Positions 9,775-20,009 of a DNA stretch of 64,000 nucleotides are shown here, piece after piece; positions within the stretch are counted from its first letter, which is position 1, and each line of letters opens with the position of its first letter. Made by a program: the position numbers and the translations under genes. The notes below the pieces were generated by a model. The model ran no database searches. It was not told the origin of the DNA and saw only the letters and a program-made list of their open reading frames with translations. This DNA comes from Candidatus Thorarchaeota archaeon. Lineage in GTDB: Archaea; Asgardarchaeota; Thorarchaeia; Thorarchaeales; Thorarchaeaceae. The stretch lies in assembly GCA_048882325.1 (NCBI GenBank), contig JBHLRS010000008.1, positions 34,056 to 98,055 of the forward strand, read 5' to 3'.

Positions 9775-10767
9775 ATGACAGGCACCTGGACACTCAACCT
9801 TTTCGATCGACTACATATTGGCCACAAAGTCATGATTGACCGGCTATCAGAGATGCCAGATCCTGTTGCTTGTGTCACAGGGGGAGAACTAGTAGGAACA
9901 GGACTTGTATTGGAAGGTCTTATTCAACCCATTGAAGAACGTGAGAGATACCTCAAAGAATACATCCAGAGTGTAAAATTAGGGGAGCTGATATCAGTCA
10001 AGTCATTCACCAAAGTCGAGGACATTGTAGCAATCGAAGGAGATACTACCTTCTTGATGTATCAGGGGCCTTGTTGCACACACATTGAAACAGGCGCACT
10101 GAAAATCAGAAAGGAGAAGTTGGGAGTAACCGACACGGTCGAATATCTCAAACCGATGCGTGCACATGATGGTGAGAAAATAGCCTCCGCGAGAATCCGG
10201 TCTGGAGAGATTGATCGAGAAGGTCGCCGACTTATTGGTACAAAGGAACCACCGAGGAAACTCCAACTGGAAGGTCGTGCTGGTTTGAAGACACCAAAGG
10301 GAGTGGTATTTGCAGTGAAAGATGGACCCCCTGAAGAGCATGTTGTTCGTAAGATCTCTCAGGAAGCGCCCGAGTTGGTCATTGCAGTGGGAGATGTGAC
10401 TTCTAGTACGTTAATCAAAGCAGGATTTACTCCAGAGGTCATGATTGTGGACGGCATAACCAAGAGGGGACCTTTCCAGGAAGATTTCAAAGCTGAGCGA
10501 ATATACAAGATATTCAATCCAGCTGCCACAATCTATCCTGAGGCTTGGTCCGTCATTGAAACAGCAATCAAAAACGACAAGCATTCACTGATAATGGTAG
10601 AAGGAGAGGAGGATCTATTGGGATTTCCAGCTGTCCTCCTTGCTCCGGACAACGCAGCAGTTCTTTATGGTCAACCTGATGTTGGAATTGTCTGGATTCC
10701 AATCAACAAAGAAACGAGGAAGCTAACTCGAGAACTTCTTGAGCAGATGCCAATTATCAAATCGTAG
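9775..10767 (+). CDS. coaD: Fused phosphopantetheine adenylyltransferase + GTP-dependent dephospho-CoA kinase (DUF359)
   Basis: N-term FDRLHIGH (HxGH), KIASARIR; C-term AVGDVT, IVDGITKR, EGEEDL, YGQP. Confidence 0.85.
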   Translation: MTGTWTLNLFDRLHIGHKVMIDRLSEMPDPVACVTGGELVGTGLVLEGLIQPIEERERYLKEYIQSVKLGELISVKSFTKVEDIVAIEGDTTFLMYQGPCCTHIETGALKIRKEKLGVTDTVEYLKPMRAHDGEKIASARIRSGEIDREGRRLIGTKEPPRKLQLEGRAGLKTPKGVVFAVKDGPPEEHVVRKISQEAPELVIAVGDVTSSTLIKAGFTPEVMIVDGITKRGPFQEDFKAERIYKIFNPAATIYPEAWSVIETAIKNDKHSLIMVEGEEDLLGFPAVLLAPDNAAVLYGQPDVGIVWIPINKETRKLTRELLEQMPIIKS

Positions 10768-10778
10768 GACAGGTTGAC

Positions 10779-12299
10779 CTAGTACTTGTCAAACACTCTA
10801 TGGATGTTCTCTATACAGTCTGTAGCAACAATGTGGTTTCCGCGTTCGTTGAATGCCATCTCTCCAGCTACTCCAGAGATGAAAGCAGCTGCGGAAGCAG
10901 CCTGAATTGCTTCACGACCACTCGCTAATAACCCGGCCACGATTCCTGTCAATACGTCGCCAGTGCCACCCACAGTCATTGCAGGCACTCCCGTCCTATT
11001 CAGCTTGAAGGTACCATCTGGCGCTGCAATCACATCAACCGGACCTTTTAGCAGAATAATAGCATTATACTTCTTGGCGCACTCTACTGCTTGATCTACT
11101 CTGTTGGGCAATAAGGTGTCATCACCCAATTCGTGCTCGAGAAGAATGGACAGTTCACCCCAATGTGGAGTCATCACCATCAGTTCAGGATTGAGCTTCA
11201 GCTCAGATGAAGCCAATGCCTTAAGTCCATCAGCATCCAGAACAAGGGGCGTTTTAAGCTTCACCAAGTGTTCCACGATAGAGGTCACAGCAACCTTGGT
11301 TTGCTGTTCGAGACCTATTCCCGGACCTAGTGCAACAACATGATTGGACTTTACGTGCTCAACTACTGTATCAACTGTTTCAGGAAGTAATACTCTACTC
11401 CCAAGACTAGTCACCATCAAGTTGGGACTATATGATCGAATTGCAGAAACTACTGGGTCTGGTACCAGTACACTAACCAAGTCAGCCCCAGTTCTTAGTG
11501 CAGCCATTCCAGCAAGAGCTGGAGCTCCAGAGTATACATCACTCCCACCTATAACCAGTATCCTTCCAAAGTCGCCCTTCTTGGCATAAACGGACCGTAG
11601 TTGCTTGAATGGTCGCAGGTCGCCCGGTCCACAAGTGTATTTGGCTTCAGATGGAATGCCGATTGAAACTACATGCAGTTTTCCAAGATACTCTTTAGCC
11701 TTTGACATCCCGACCTTAGGAGCATGAAGAGTAATTGTATGGTCAGCTTTGACTGCCGCACTATATACTGCTCCTGTTTCTGAGTCAATACCACTGGGTA
11801 CATCAATCGCATACTTGATGGCGGGGGATTTGTTTAGCATCTTTACTGCTGTAAGCATAGGTTCGCGCAGTTTAGACCTAAGACCGAATCCCATTATTCC
11901 ATCAACAAGAATATCCGCTTCTTTGATTGCTCTGCATGTCTTAACGGCAGACTCTGTGGGAAGTTCTTCACTTAGGATATCATGAAGATTCCGTAGAATT
12001 TCCCAGTTGTGAAGCGTGTCTTTGTTTCGAATCATCAATTCATCGCCAAGAAGATAAACATCGACGAATGCACCAGCTTCATCCAGATACCTTGCGGTGA
12101 CCATCCCATCCCCTCCATTTCCGCCAAGACCACATAATATAGCAATGTGCTTGCCGCTGACCTTCGTGGTCTTCTCAATGATTCGAGCAACCTCACGACC
12201 TGCATTCTCCATCAACATACTAATGGTCACACCTAGATACTCAGAGTTGTATTCGAGAATGCGCATCTCTTCAGGGGTTATCGGGTCTTTCTCCATCAC
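10779..12299 (-). CDS. nnr: Bifunctional NAD(P)H-hydrate epimerase/dehydratase
   Basis: GGNGGDG, IDVPSG, KGDFGRILVIGGS, LDADGL, TPHWGE, GGTGDVLTG. Confidence 0.95.
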   Translation of the reverse strand: MMEKDPITPEEMRILEYNSEYLGVTISMLMENAGREVARIIEKTTKVSGKHIAILCGLGGNGGDGMVTARYLDEAGAFVDVYLLGDELMIRNKDTLHNWEILRNLHDILSEELPTESAVKTCRAIKEADILVDGIMGFGLRSKLREPMLTAVKMLNKSPAIKYAIDVPSGIDSETGAVYSAAVKADHTITLHAPKVGMSKAKEYLGKLHVVSIGIPSEAKYTCGPGDLRPFKQLRSVYAKKGDFGRILVIGGSDVYSGAPALAGMAALRTGADLVSVLVPDPVVSAIRSYSPNLMVTSLGSRVLLPETVDTVVEHVKSNHVVALGPGIGLEQQTKVAVTSIVEHLVKLKTPLVLDADGLKALASSELKLNPELMVMTPHWGELSILLEHELGDDTLLPNRVDQAVECAKKYNAIILLKGPVDVIAAPDGTFKLNRTGVPAMTVGGTGDVLTGIVAGLLASGREAIQAASAAAFISGVAGEMAFNERGNHIVATDCIENIHRVFDKY

Positions 12300-12416
12300 A
12301 TCTCACTCTCTTGAGGACTAGTTCTCATTATGGTAGCTGCCTTATATCAATTCATTTCTCAGGATGCGCCACAACATTGATGCGTAAATGAAAGCTCATC
12401 ACATTGAGGCATTTAG

Positions 12417-13088
12417 TTGACACAATACTATTCTGAAAGCCTCTCAGCTGAGAAACTGAAGAGATGTTATGATATAGCTCCACCAAGAATAGTCCAATAT
12501 TTGAAATCTGAAATCGAATTCGTCATGAGTCATATCTCACCTTCAGATAGAGTTCTTGAACTTGGTTGTGGCTATGGTCGGATTCTAACCAATCTTACAT
12601 TAGTGACTCACAATATAGTGGGTATTGACATATCACTACAGAGTTTACTTTATGGTCAAGACAAGGTGGTTAGACGCGGACCATCCATGGTGCAAATGGA
12701 CGCAGCTAATACAGGTTTCAAGAATTACTCGTTTGACAATGTTGTGTGCATCCAAAATGGTATCTCTGCTTTCAAATTGGATCCAATTTCACTCTTCAAA
12801 GAAAGTCTTCGAATAACGAAGAGTGGTGGAAGGTGCTTCTATTCCACTTATTCAAGAAAGATTTGGAAAGATAGACTTGACTGGTTCCAGCTCCAGTCTG
12901 ACGAAGGGCTCATTGGAGAAATTGATTGGAGCAAGACTGGAGATGGAACGATAAGATGCAAGGATGGATTCGTAGCCACAACAGTCTCAGAACGCGACTT
13001 CGTGAGATATGCGGATAAGATATCTGCAACCTACGATATTCAAGAAGTAGATTCATCTAGCTTGTTCTGTATTTTGAGCTCTTCCTAA
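12417..13088 (+). CDS. Class I SAM-dependent methyltransferase
   Basis: VLELGCGYGR motif I, VGIDIS, FDNVVC. Confidence 0.85.
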   Translation: MTQYYSESLSAEKLKRCYDIAPPRIVQYLKSEIEFVMSHISPSDRVLELGCGYGRILTNLTLVTHNIVGIDISLQSLLYGQDKVVRRGPSMVQMDAANTGFKNYSFDNVVCIQNGISAFKLDPISLFKESLRITKSGGRCFYSTYSRKIWKDRLDWFQLQSDEGLIGEIDWSKTGDGTIRCKDGFVATTVSERDFVRYADKISATYDIQEVDSSSLFCILSSS

Positions 13089-13145
13089 CTTTCCCTTATT
13101 CCCATTCCAAATCCTTTTAATGGAAGGAAAAGCGCAGCCGGATTC

Positions 13146-13613
13146 ATGCTCGAACCTTCTAGAGAAGCCCTTGTATCAGAGCTCATCTCTTCTCTACAAA
13201 AGATTCAGCTGCGTTTGGGGTACATTCCTCAGGAAGCCATTCATTGGCTCGCTGAGGAGTTGCATCTAAGCGAGCAGGAGATCTATGGTGTGGCTACCTT
13301 TTACAAGAATTTTCGGTTCACGCCTCCTGGAAAACATCAAGTAAAGATGTGTATGGGAACTGCATGTTTTGTTCAAGGTGGAGAGAGTCTGCTAGCAGCA
13401 ACTACTGAGAGATTAGGAGTTAAGCCTGGTGAAACATCAGAGGATGGAAGATACAGCCTAGAGCGAGTCGCGTGTCTTGGATGCTGTGCACTGGCACCTG
13501 TGACAGTTGTTGACGAGGAGGTCCATGGCAAAATGACTCAACGGAAGATATCCAGGCTCTTCGCTCAGATTGACAAGATGGATCAAGAAGAGAAGAAGGG
13601 AGAAAAACAATGA
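13146..13613 (+). CDS. NuoE/HydC-like [2Fe-2S] subunit
   Basis: VATFY, CMGTAC, CLGCCALAP. Confidence 0.92.
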   Translation: MLEPSREALVSELISSLQKIQLRLGYIPQEAIHWLAEELHLSEQEIYGVATFYKNFRFTPPGKHQVKMCMGTACFVQGGESLLAATTERLGVKPGETSEDGRYSLERVACLGCCALAPVTVVDEEVHGKMTQRKISRLFAQIDKMDQEEKKGEKQ

Positions 13614-15436
13614 GTGATGACATCAAGAGGACCTTGTTTATCTGCAGAGGAACAGGTTGTGAATCATCCAAGTCAGCAATCCTTCATGAGATGCTCAAAG
13701 AAGAGGTCAAAAAACAAGGGTTAGATGAGAAGGTAGAAATCAAGAAAACAGGATGTCACGGATTTTGTCAACAAGGTCCTATTGTAGCTATCGAACCAGA
13801 AGGCACATTCTACGCCATGGTGAAAGACTCAGATATCCCTAGGATTATTGATTCACACATAGGTAAAGGCGAACCTGTTGAAGACCTATATTATGTAGAA
13901 CCCAATACTGGTGAGAAGATTCCGAAGTATGATGACATACCGTTCTATTCCCATCAGCAAAGAATCATTCTCAAGCGTTGTGGTGAGATTGATCCTGAAA
14001 ATATTGATGATTATCTTAATCGAGGAGGATATGACGGTTTCAAAAGAGCAATAACAGAGATGACTCCTGATGAAGTCATTCAAGAGGTACTTGATTCAGG
14101 CCTACGTGGTCGAGGGGGTGCTGGTTTTCCGACAGGCCTGAAATGGAAACTTGGTAGAGAAGCACATGGTGAGCAGAAATATGTCGTCTGTAATGCGGAC
14201 GAAGGCGATCCTGGCGCTTTCATGGATCGTTCATTATTAGAGGCAGACCCACACAGTGTTTTGGAGGGAATACTAATTGCATGTTATGCCATCAGCGCAA
14301 GTGATGGATTCATCTATGTCCGACACGAATATCCGTTAGCAGTTAAGAGATTCAGAAAAGCTCTTGAAGATGCGACTGAACGTGGTTTTGTAGGAGAGAA
14401 AATTCTCGGTACCGAGTTTTCAGTTAAGATACATGTCAAAGAAGGTGCAGGTGCATTTGTCTGCGGAGAAGAAACAGCCCTTCTAGCATCAATCGAGGGC
14501 AAAAGAGGGATGCCAAGACCAAGGCCACCATACCCAACTGAGAGTGGACTATGGGGAAAACCAACTGTTCTAAACAACACTAAATCTTTGGCCTCAACAT
14601 CGCACATCCTTGCCAAAGGTGCAGAATGGTTTGCATCGATTGGGTCTGAAAAGAGCAAGGGTACTGCAGTTTTTGCTTTAACTGGAAAGGTAGAGAACTC
14701 TGGACTTGTGGAGGTCCCAATGGGTGTTACTCTACGAAAAATCATCTATGACATTGGTGGCGGAATTCAGGGCAATGGAGAGTTCAAGGCAGTTCAAACT
14801 GGGGGTCCATCTGGGGGGTGTGTTCCTGCAGAAATGATTGACTTGGATGTTGATTATGATTCATTGACAAAGGCTGGAACAATTATGGGTTCTGGCGGAA
14901 TGATTGTCATGGATGAAACAACTTGTATGGTAGATGTTGCACGGTTTTTCCTCTCCTTTGCTCAAGCAGAATCATGCGGAAAGTGTGCACCATGCAGAGT
15001 CGGCACGCTTCAGATGCTGGAAATCCTGGATAAAATCAAAGCAGGAGATGGAGAACCAGAGGATATCGATAAACTGGGAGAGCTTGCGATCACAGTGAAG
15101 GATGGTTCTCTTTGTGGACTTGGGCAAACAGCACCAAATCCTGTTCTAACCACTTTGCGGTATTTTAGAGAAGAGTATGAAGAACATATCAATGAGAAGA
15201 AATGTCGAGCAATGGTATGTAAGGACCTGATCAGGTATTGGATTGACGAGGAAACGTGCATCGCATGTGGAGCTTGCAAGAGAATTTGTCCAGCCACTGC
15301 CATTTCAGGCGAGAAAGATGTTGTGCACGTAATAGACCAAAATCTGTGTATCAAATGTGGAGCATGCTTTGAGGTGTGTCCACCCAAAGCTTCAGCGGTC
15401 ATTAGAGTGGCCGCATTTGATGAGGGAGGTGCTTAG
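13610..15436 (+). CDS. NuoF/HydB-like FMN/NADH subunit with N-terminal Trx-like [2Fe-2S] and C-terminal 2x[4Fe-4S]
   Basis: GLRGRGGAGFPTG, NADEGDPGAFMDR, CGEETAL, GGPSGG, ESCGKCAPCR, two CxxCxxC. Confidence 0.95.
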   Translation: MSDDIKRTLFICRGTGCESSKSAILHEMLKEEVKKQGLDEKVEIKKTGCHGFCQQGPIVAIEPEGTFYAMVKDSDIPRIIDSHIGKGEPVEDLYYVEPNTGEKIPKYDDIPFYSHQQRIILKRCGEIDPENIDDYLNRGGYDGFKRAITEMTPDEVIQEVLDSGLRGRGGAGFPTGLKWKLGREAHGEQKYVVCNADEGDPGAFMDRSLLEADPHSVLEGILIACYAISASDGFIYVRHEYPLAVKRFRKALEDATERGFVGEKILGTEFSVKIHVKEGAGAFVCGEETALLASIEGKRGMPRPRPPYPTESGLWGKPTVLNNTKSLASTSHILAKGAEWFASIGSEKSKGTAVFALTGKVENSGLVEVPMGVTLRKIIYDIGGGIQGNGEFKAVQTGGPSGGCVPAEMIDLDVDYDSLTKAGTIMGSGGMIVMDETTCMVDVARFFLSFAQAESCGKCAPCRVGTLQMLEILDKIKAGDGEPEDIDKLGELAITVKDGSLCGLGQTAPNPVLTTLRYFREEYEEHINEKKCRAMVCKDLIRYWIDEETCIACGACKRICPATAISGEKDVVHVIDQNLCIKCGACFEVCPPKASAVIRVAAFDEGGA

Positions 15437-15438
15437 TA

Positions 15439-17688
15439 ATGCCTACAATGACCATTGATGGAAAGAAGGTTGAGTTCAAGGAGGATGCTCGATCAGTACT
15501 GGAGGTTGTTCGTTCATCTGGAACTCAGATACCGACTCTCTGTGACCATTCGGAACTAGAGGCTTATGGCGGGTGTCGAATGTGTCTCGTGGAGATTGAA
15601 GGATGGAGAGGTTATGTGGCTTCGTGTACTACACCCCCAAAGGACGGTATGGTAGTCACCACAAAGTCAGATGAACTGTTAAAGATGAAACGCAACATCC
15701 TGCAGTTAATCTTGAGAGAACATCCAAGTGCGTGTATTGTCTGTTATGAATGGCCCGGTTGTTTGGAGTACAGGACTGAGTCTCATAGAGCAGGAGCAGT
15801 AACAGGATGCAACACATGTCCGAGTAGAGAATTCTGTGAACTCCGTGACGTTGCAGAGATGCTTGACATTAGAGATTTACATTATGACCCAGATTACAAG
15901 GCAATTGTTGTAGAACGAGAGGATCCCTTCTTTGATCGTGATTATAATCTCTGCATTCTTTGTGCAAGATGTGTAAGGATTTGTGATGAGGTGAGAGGTA
16001 CAAGTGCAATTACCTTTTCTAGCCGAGGTCACGAAACACGAGTTGACACTGCTTTTGGTTCATCCCACATTGACAGTGGGTGTTGGTTCTGTGGTGCTTG
16101 TGTGGATGTCTGTCCAACTGGAGCCTTAGAACCCAGAATGACAAAGTGGATTGGAGCATCAGACGAGTCCATTGAAACAACTTGCGCTCTGTGTGGTGTT
16201 GGTTGTCAGACTGAGCTTGATATCAAATGGGAGCGAATCATGGGATCGAGATCTGGAAGGAGAGAGAGTGCGCCAAATCATGGACATATGTGCGTTCTCG
16301 GGAGGTTCTGTATCCCATCGCTAGTTAATGCTCCTGACCGTCTCAAAACCCCTCATGTCAAACAGAAGGGAGTGGACATTCCCGTTTCTTGGGATGATGC
16401 AATCGCTGAAGTTGCTAGAATTCTGACAGAAGCCAATCCAGACAAGGTCGGATTTCTAGGGAGTCCACAGATGAGTACTGAGTCAGCATACTTGTTCAAC
16501 AAACTCGCAAGAGTAGGTGTTGAGAGTGCCAATGTTGATTTTCAGGGGTCAGATTTTGCAGCACTCGTTCACAGGGAAGTTCCTGACCTTGATAGAATTG
16601 GAACTATTGATGGTCTAAACAATGTCGATTGGATACTCTCAGTTGGTGGCGACTTTGTAAAGACTCATCAACCGGTTGCCAAAGCAGTATATGATGTTGT
16701 GAAGAAAGGGACTCCCCTCATCGTTATCGGAGAGGTGGGTGTCAATCTTCGGAGATGGGCAACTCAATATTTCAAAGCCTCTCCAAAACAGATACCATCA
16801 GTACTTGACCAGCTTTCAGAACACGATCCGAAAACCAGTAAAAGTAGGACAGGAGCCATTTTGATAGGACCAAGACTGCTGGAACTCAAAGATCCAAGTC
16901 AGGCTTTACGTACGCTGGTGAAACTTGCTGGAGATGCAGGTCTTCTATATCCATTGTTTCCATTGGGCAATGAAGCAGGCGTCATCATGGCAGGTCTGAG
17001 ACCAGAGATGTTACCTGGACCATCTTCAATCACCATGAGTGACGCAAAATCAAAAACTGAGAATACGTGGAACGGTGGTAACTTCTCTGATGGTCTGCAC
17101 CTTGTAGAGATGCGTGAAAAGGCAAAGAAAGGAGAATTAGACGTCCTTTACGTCGTAGATGGTTCAATTTCCAGTGATGGATTCGAAAAGGTTCCGACAA
17201 TCATCTATCAGTCTCCATATCCCTCAGAGTGGGTCGAATTAGCCTCAGTTAACATGCCCACCACCACTTTCGTCGAGGAAGATGGAACGTTCGTGAATCT
17301 TGAGATGAGGCCTCTCAGAATGAAAGCTACTGCAAAGCCACCAGGAGTTGCCAGGATGGATTGGGTGATTTTCTCAGAAATAGGAAAGAAGATTGGAGCT
17401 AGTGGTTTCGAATTTAACAAAGTAGAAGAAGTGTGGGATGAACTCTCACAATTTACTCGTGGTATTGAATCAAGCGGAGAAGGACTACGAGCATCATGGA
17501 AGCCAACATCAAAGGAAGAGAACGACTGGTACCCCAGATATCGAGGTGCAGCACTGGCTGAACGGATACAAGATCTTGCAACATTCATTGATGCTTTGCC
17601 AGACCGTGATAGACCTGCAACTAAGGAGTCTCTGGATCAACTGGTTAAGCGAATAGAGAAAGAGCAAGCAGAGGAGGTAGCCAAATGA
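15439..17688 (+). CDS. NuoG/FdhA-like poly-FeS subunit lacking the catalytic Cys/Sec-His
   Basis: IPTLC..GGCRMC, CILCARCVRIC, CWFCGACVDVCP, CALCGVGC; EEDGTFVNLE; catalytic region reads NVDFQGSDF. Confidence 0.85.
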   Translation: MPTMTIDGKKVEFKEDARSVLEVVRSSGTQIPTLCDHSELEAYGGCRMCLVEIEGWRGYVASCTTPPKDGMVVTTKSDELLKMKRNILQLILREHPSACIVCYEWPGCLEYRTESHRAGAVTGCNTCPSREFCELRDVAEMLDIRDLHYDPDYKAIVVEREDPFFDRDYNLCILCARCVRICDEVRGTSAITFSSRGHETRVDTAFGSSHIDSGCWFCGACVDVCPTGALEPRMTKWIGASDESIETTCALCGVGCQTELDIKWERIMGSRSGRRESAPNHGHMCVLGRFCIPSLVNAPDRLKTPHVKQKGVDIPVSWDDAIAEVARILTEANPDKVGFLGSPQMSTESAYLFNKLARVGVESANVDFQGSDFAALVHREVPDLDRIGTIDGLNNVDWILSVGGDFVKTHQPVAKAVYDVVKKGTPLIVIGEVGVNLRRWATQYFKASPKQIPSVLDQLSEHDPKTSKSRTGAILIGPRLLELKDPSQALRTLVKLAGDAGLLYPLFPLGNEAGVIMAGLRPEMLPGPSSITMSDAKSKTENTWNGGNFSDGLHLVEMREKAKKGELDVLYVVDGSISSDGFEKVPTIIYQSPYPSEWVELASVNMPTTTFVEEDGTFVNLEMRPLRMKATAKPPGVARMDWVIFSEIGKKIGASGFEFNKVEEVWDELSQFTRGIESSGEGLRASWKPTSKEENDWYPRYRGAALAERIQDLATFIDALPDRDRPATKESLDQLVKRIEKEQAEEVAK

Positions 17689-18560
17689 TCGGCAGAATCC
17701 TAGTGAACGAAGAGGTCGTTCCCAATACACACAAACTTGTCCTAGAGGCACCTGCAATTTCTGAACGTGCCAAACCGGGACAGTTCATCATGGTCATTCC
17801 GGATGAGGTTGGAGAAAGAGTACCATTCACTCTATCTGACTGGGATGCAGAAGCGGGGACCATTACAGTGTTCTATCTTGAAGCCGGAGTTTCAACTATG
17901 AAACTCAGTCGAATGAAGCCTGGTGAAACTGTGCATACAGTCGTAGGTCCACTTGGCAGACCTACGAAGGTTGAGAAGTGGGGCACGGTCCTACTAGGCG
18001 GTGGTTGTTATGGCCTTGGTGCCATCTACCCACTAGCCAAGGCGTTCAAAGAGGCAGGCAACAGAGTAATTGGTCTCATGGAAGCTCGAACCTCCTACAT
18101 CGTCTACAACGAGGAAACCCTTAGGGAGGTTGTTGATGACCTTTACATCGTGACAGGTGATGGCTCAGTAGGAATCAAGGGACATATGAAAGAAGCACTC
18201 CCCCACATCCTAGAGAAGGAAGGCAAGATTGACCACGCGCACTTTGTGGGTTGTACCTATATGATGATGGTGTCAAGTCGAGGAACTGAGCCTCATAACA
18301 TTCCAACAATAGTTGCTTTGAATACATTGATGGTCGATGGGACAGGTATGTGCGGCGTCTGTCGTGTGGAAGTGGACGGACAAACAAGATTCGCGTGCGT
18401 AGATGGACCTGATTTTGATGGGCACAAGGTGAACTGGGATATGGTGTTCTCAAGGAAGCGAGCATATGTAACGGAGGAGAACCTCGCGTTTCAGCTTCAT
18501 AGTTGTAGACAAGACGGCGCGATATTAGGTAAGGACACAGCCCAGAAGGAGGTTGCATAA
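17685..18560 (+). CDS. nfnA: NfnA/SudB (small subunit of NADH-dependent ferredoxin:NADP+ oxidoreductase)
   Basis: PGQFI, ERVPFT, GPLG, MVDGTGMCGVCRV, FACVDGPDFDGH. Confidence 0.92.
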   Translation: MIGRILVNEEVVPNTHKLVLEAPAISERAKPGQFIMVIPDEVGERVPFTLSDWDAEAGTITVFYLEAGVSTMKLSRMKPGETVHTVVGPLGRPTKVEKWGTVLLGGGCYGLGAIYPLAKAFKEAGNRVIGLMEARTSYIVYNEETLREVVDDLYIVTGDGSVGIKGHMKEALPHILEKEGKIDHAHFVGCTYMMMVSSRGTEPHNIPTIVALNTLMVDGTGMCGVCRVEVDGQTRFACVDGPDFDGHKVNWDMVFSRKRAYVTEENLAFQLHSCRQDGAILGKDTAQKEVA

Positions 18561-20003
18561 GTGACTGAAAAACTATCTCCTAAGGAAAGGATGGCAATCC
18601 CGCGAGCTAAAATGCCAGAGCAGAATCCAACTGCCCGTGCAGCAAACTTCGAAGAAGTACCGTTAGGACTGACTCCCGAAATGGCTATGCGAGAAGCTGT
18701 CAGATGTCTGGACTGTAGAAAAAAGCCCTGTGTGGGTGGCTGTCCTGTGGGTGTACAGATTCCGGAGTTTCTCGATTTGGTGGTGGAAGGAAAATTCGTT
18801 GAAGCTGCACGGTTGATCAAAGAAACCAATGTTCTTCCCGCTGTCACTGGTCGTGTCTGTCCTCAAGAAACTCAATGCGAAGGATCTTGTACATTGTTCA
18901 AGCGATACGGCGGTGTGTCCATTGGTGCTCTTGAACGATTTGTGGCTGACTATGAGAGAAATAATGACCTGGTGGAAATTCCAGAAAACCCTGCACCCAC
19001 TGGTAAGAAAGTAGCAATAATTGGCTCAGGACCATCAGGACTCACGGTTGCAGGGGACCTTATCCGCCTTGGTCATGGAGTCACAGTCTTCGAGGCGCTC
19101 CATGAGGCCGGAGGGGTTCTTGTCTATGGGATCCCTGAGTTCAGACTTCCAAAAGAGATAGTCCGTGCTGAAGTCGACTACCTAGTCAAGCAGGGTGTCA
19201 AGTTCGAGATGAACATGGTCGCAGGAATGACGGTGTCGATGGAAGAGCTGCTTGAAACATATGATGCTGTATACATTGGTGTGGGAGCTGGTCTTCCATC
19301 TTTCATGAGAATAGAGGGAGAGGAGCTGAATGGTGTGTTCTCTGCAAACGAGTATCTGACAAGGTCAAACCTCATGAAGGGCTACCTCTTCCCAGAATAC
19401 GATTCGCCTCTGCCACCCGGCAAGCACACATGTGTTGTCGGAGGCGGTAATGTTGCGATGGATTCAGCCCGTACAGCAAGGCGACTTGGTGCTGAAGTGA
19501 CCATAGTCTATAGAAGGGCAAGAGAGCAACTACCAGCCCGTGGAGAAGAGGTACATCATGCTGAAGAAGAAGGCATTGACTTCCAGCTGTTGACCAATCC
19601 TGTGAGAATATTCGGTGAGGAAGGAAAGGTGACTGGAATGGAGTGCATTAGAATGGAGCTTGGTGAACCTGATGACAGTGGACGTAGACGACCATTGCCA
19701 ATCGACGGTTCGAACTTTGAGATCGCGTGTGACCAAGTGATTATCTCAATTGGAGCTGGAGCTAACCCATTACTGATTAACACAATGCCTGATCTTGAAC
19801 TCAATCGATGGGGCTACATCGTTGTTGATAAGAACAACAGAACAAGTGTTGACAGGGTCTGGGCAGGCGGCGATATCGTAACAGGATCAGCAACAGTCAT
19901 AGAAGCCATGGGAGCAGGCAGGATCGCCGCGAGATCAATTCAAGCTTACCTGACTGGGCAACCTCAACCAGGAACTGAAGAGCAAGAAGAAACGTCTGAA
20001 TAA
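18561..20003 (+). CDS. nfnB: NfnB/SudA (GltD-like large subunit)
   Basis: RCLDC..PCVGGCP, GRVCPQETQCE, GSGPSG, YGIPEFRLP, GGGNVAMD, AGGDIVTG. Confidence 0.93.
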   Translation: MTEKLSPKERMAIPRAKMPEQNPTARAANFEEVPLGLTPEMAMREAVRCLDCRKKPCVGGCPVGVQIPEFLDLVVEGKFVEAARLIKETNVLPAVTGRVCPQETQCEGSCTLFKRYGGVSIGALERFVADYERNNDLVEIPENPAPTGKKVAIIGSGPSGLTVAGDLIRLGHGVTVFEALHEAGGVLVYGIPEFRLPKEIVRAEVDYLVKQGVKFEMNMVAGMTVSMEELLETYDAVYIGVGAGLPSFMRIEGEELNGVFSANEYLTRSNLMKGYLFPEYDSPLPPGKHTCVVGGGNVAMDSARTARRLGAEVTIVYRRAREQLPARGEEVHHAEEEGIDFQLLTNPVRIFGEEGKVTGMECIRMELGEPDDSGRRRPLPIDGSNFEIACDQVIISIGAGANPLLINTMPDLELNRWGYIVVDKNNRTSVDRVWAGGDIVTGSATVIEAMGAGRIAARSIQAYLTGQPQPGTEEQEETSE

Positions 20004-20009
20004 GCTAGA

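Noticed and set aside
15439-17688. Selenocysteine formate dehydrogenase
   Set aside because: No in-frame TGA, and the catalytic motif is absent
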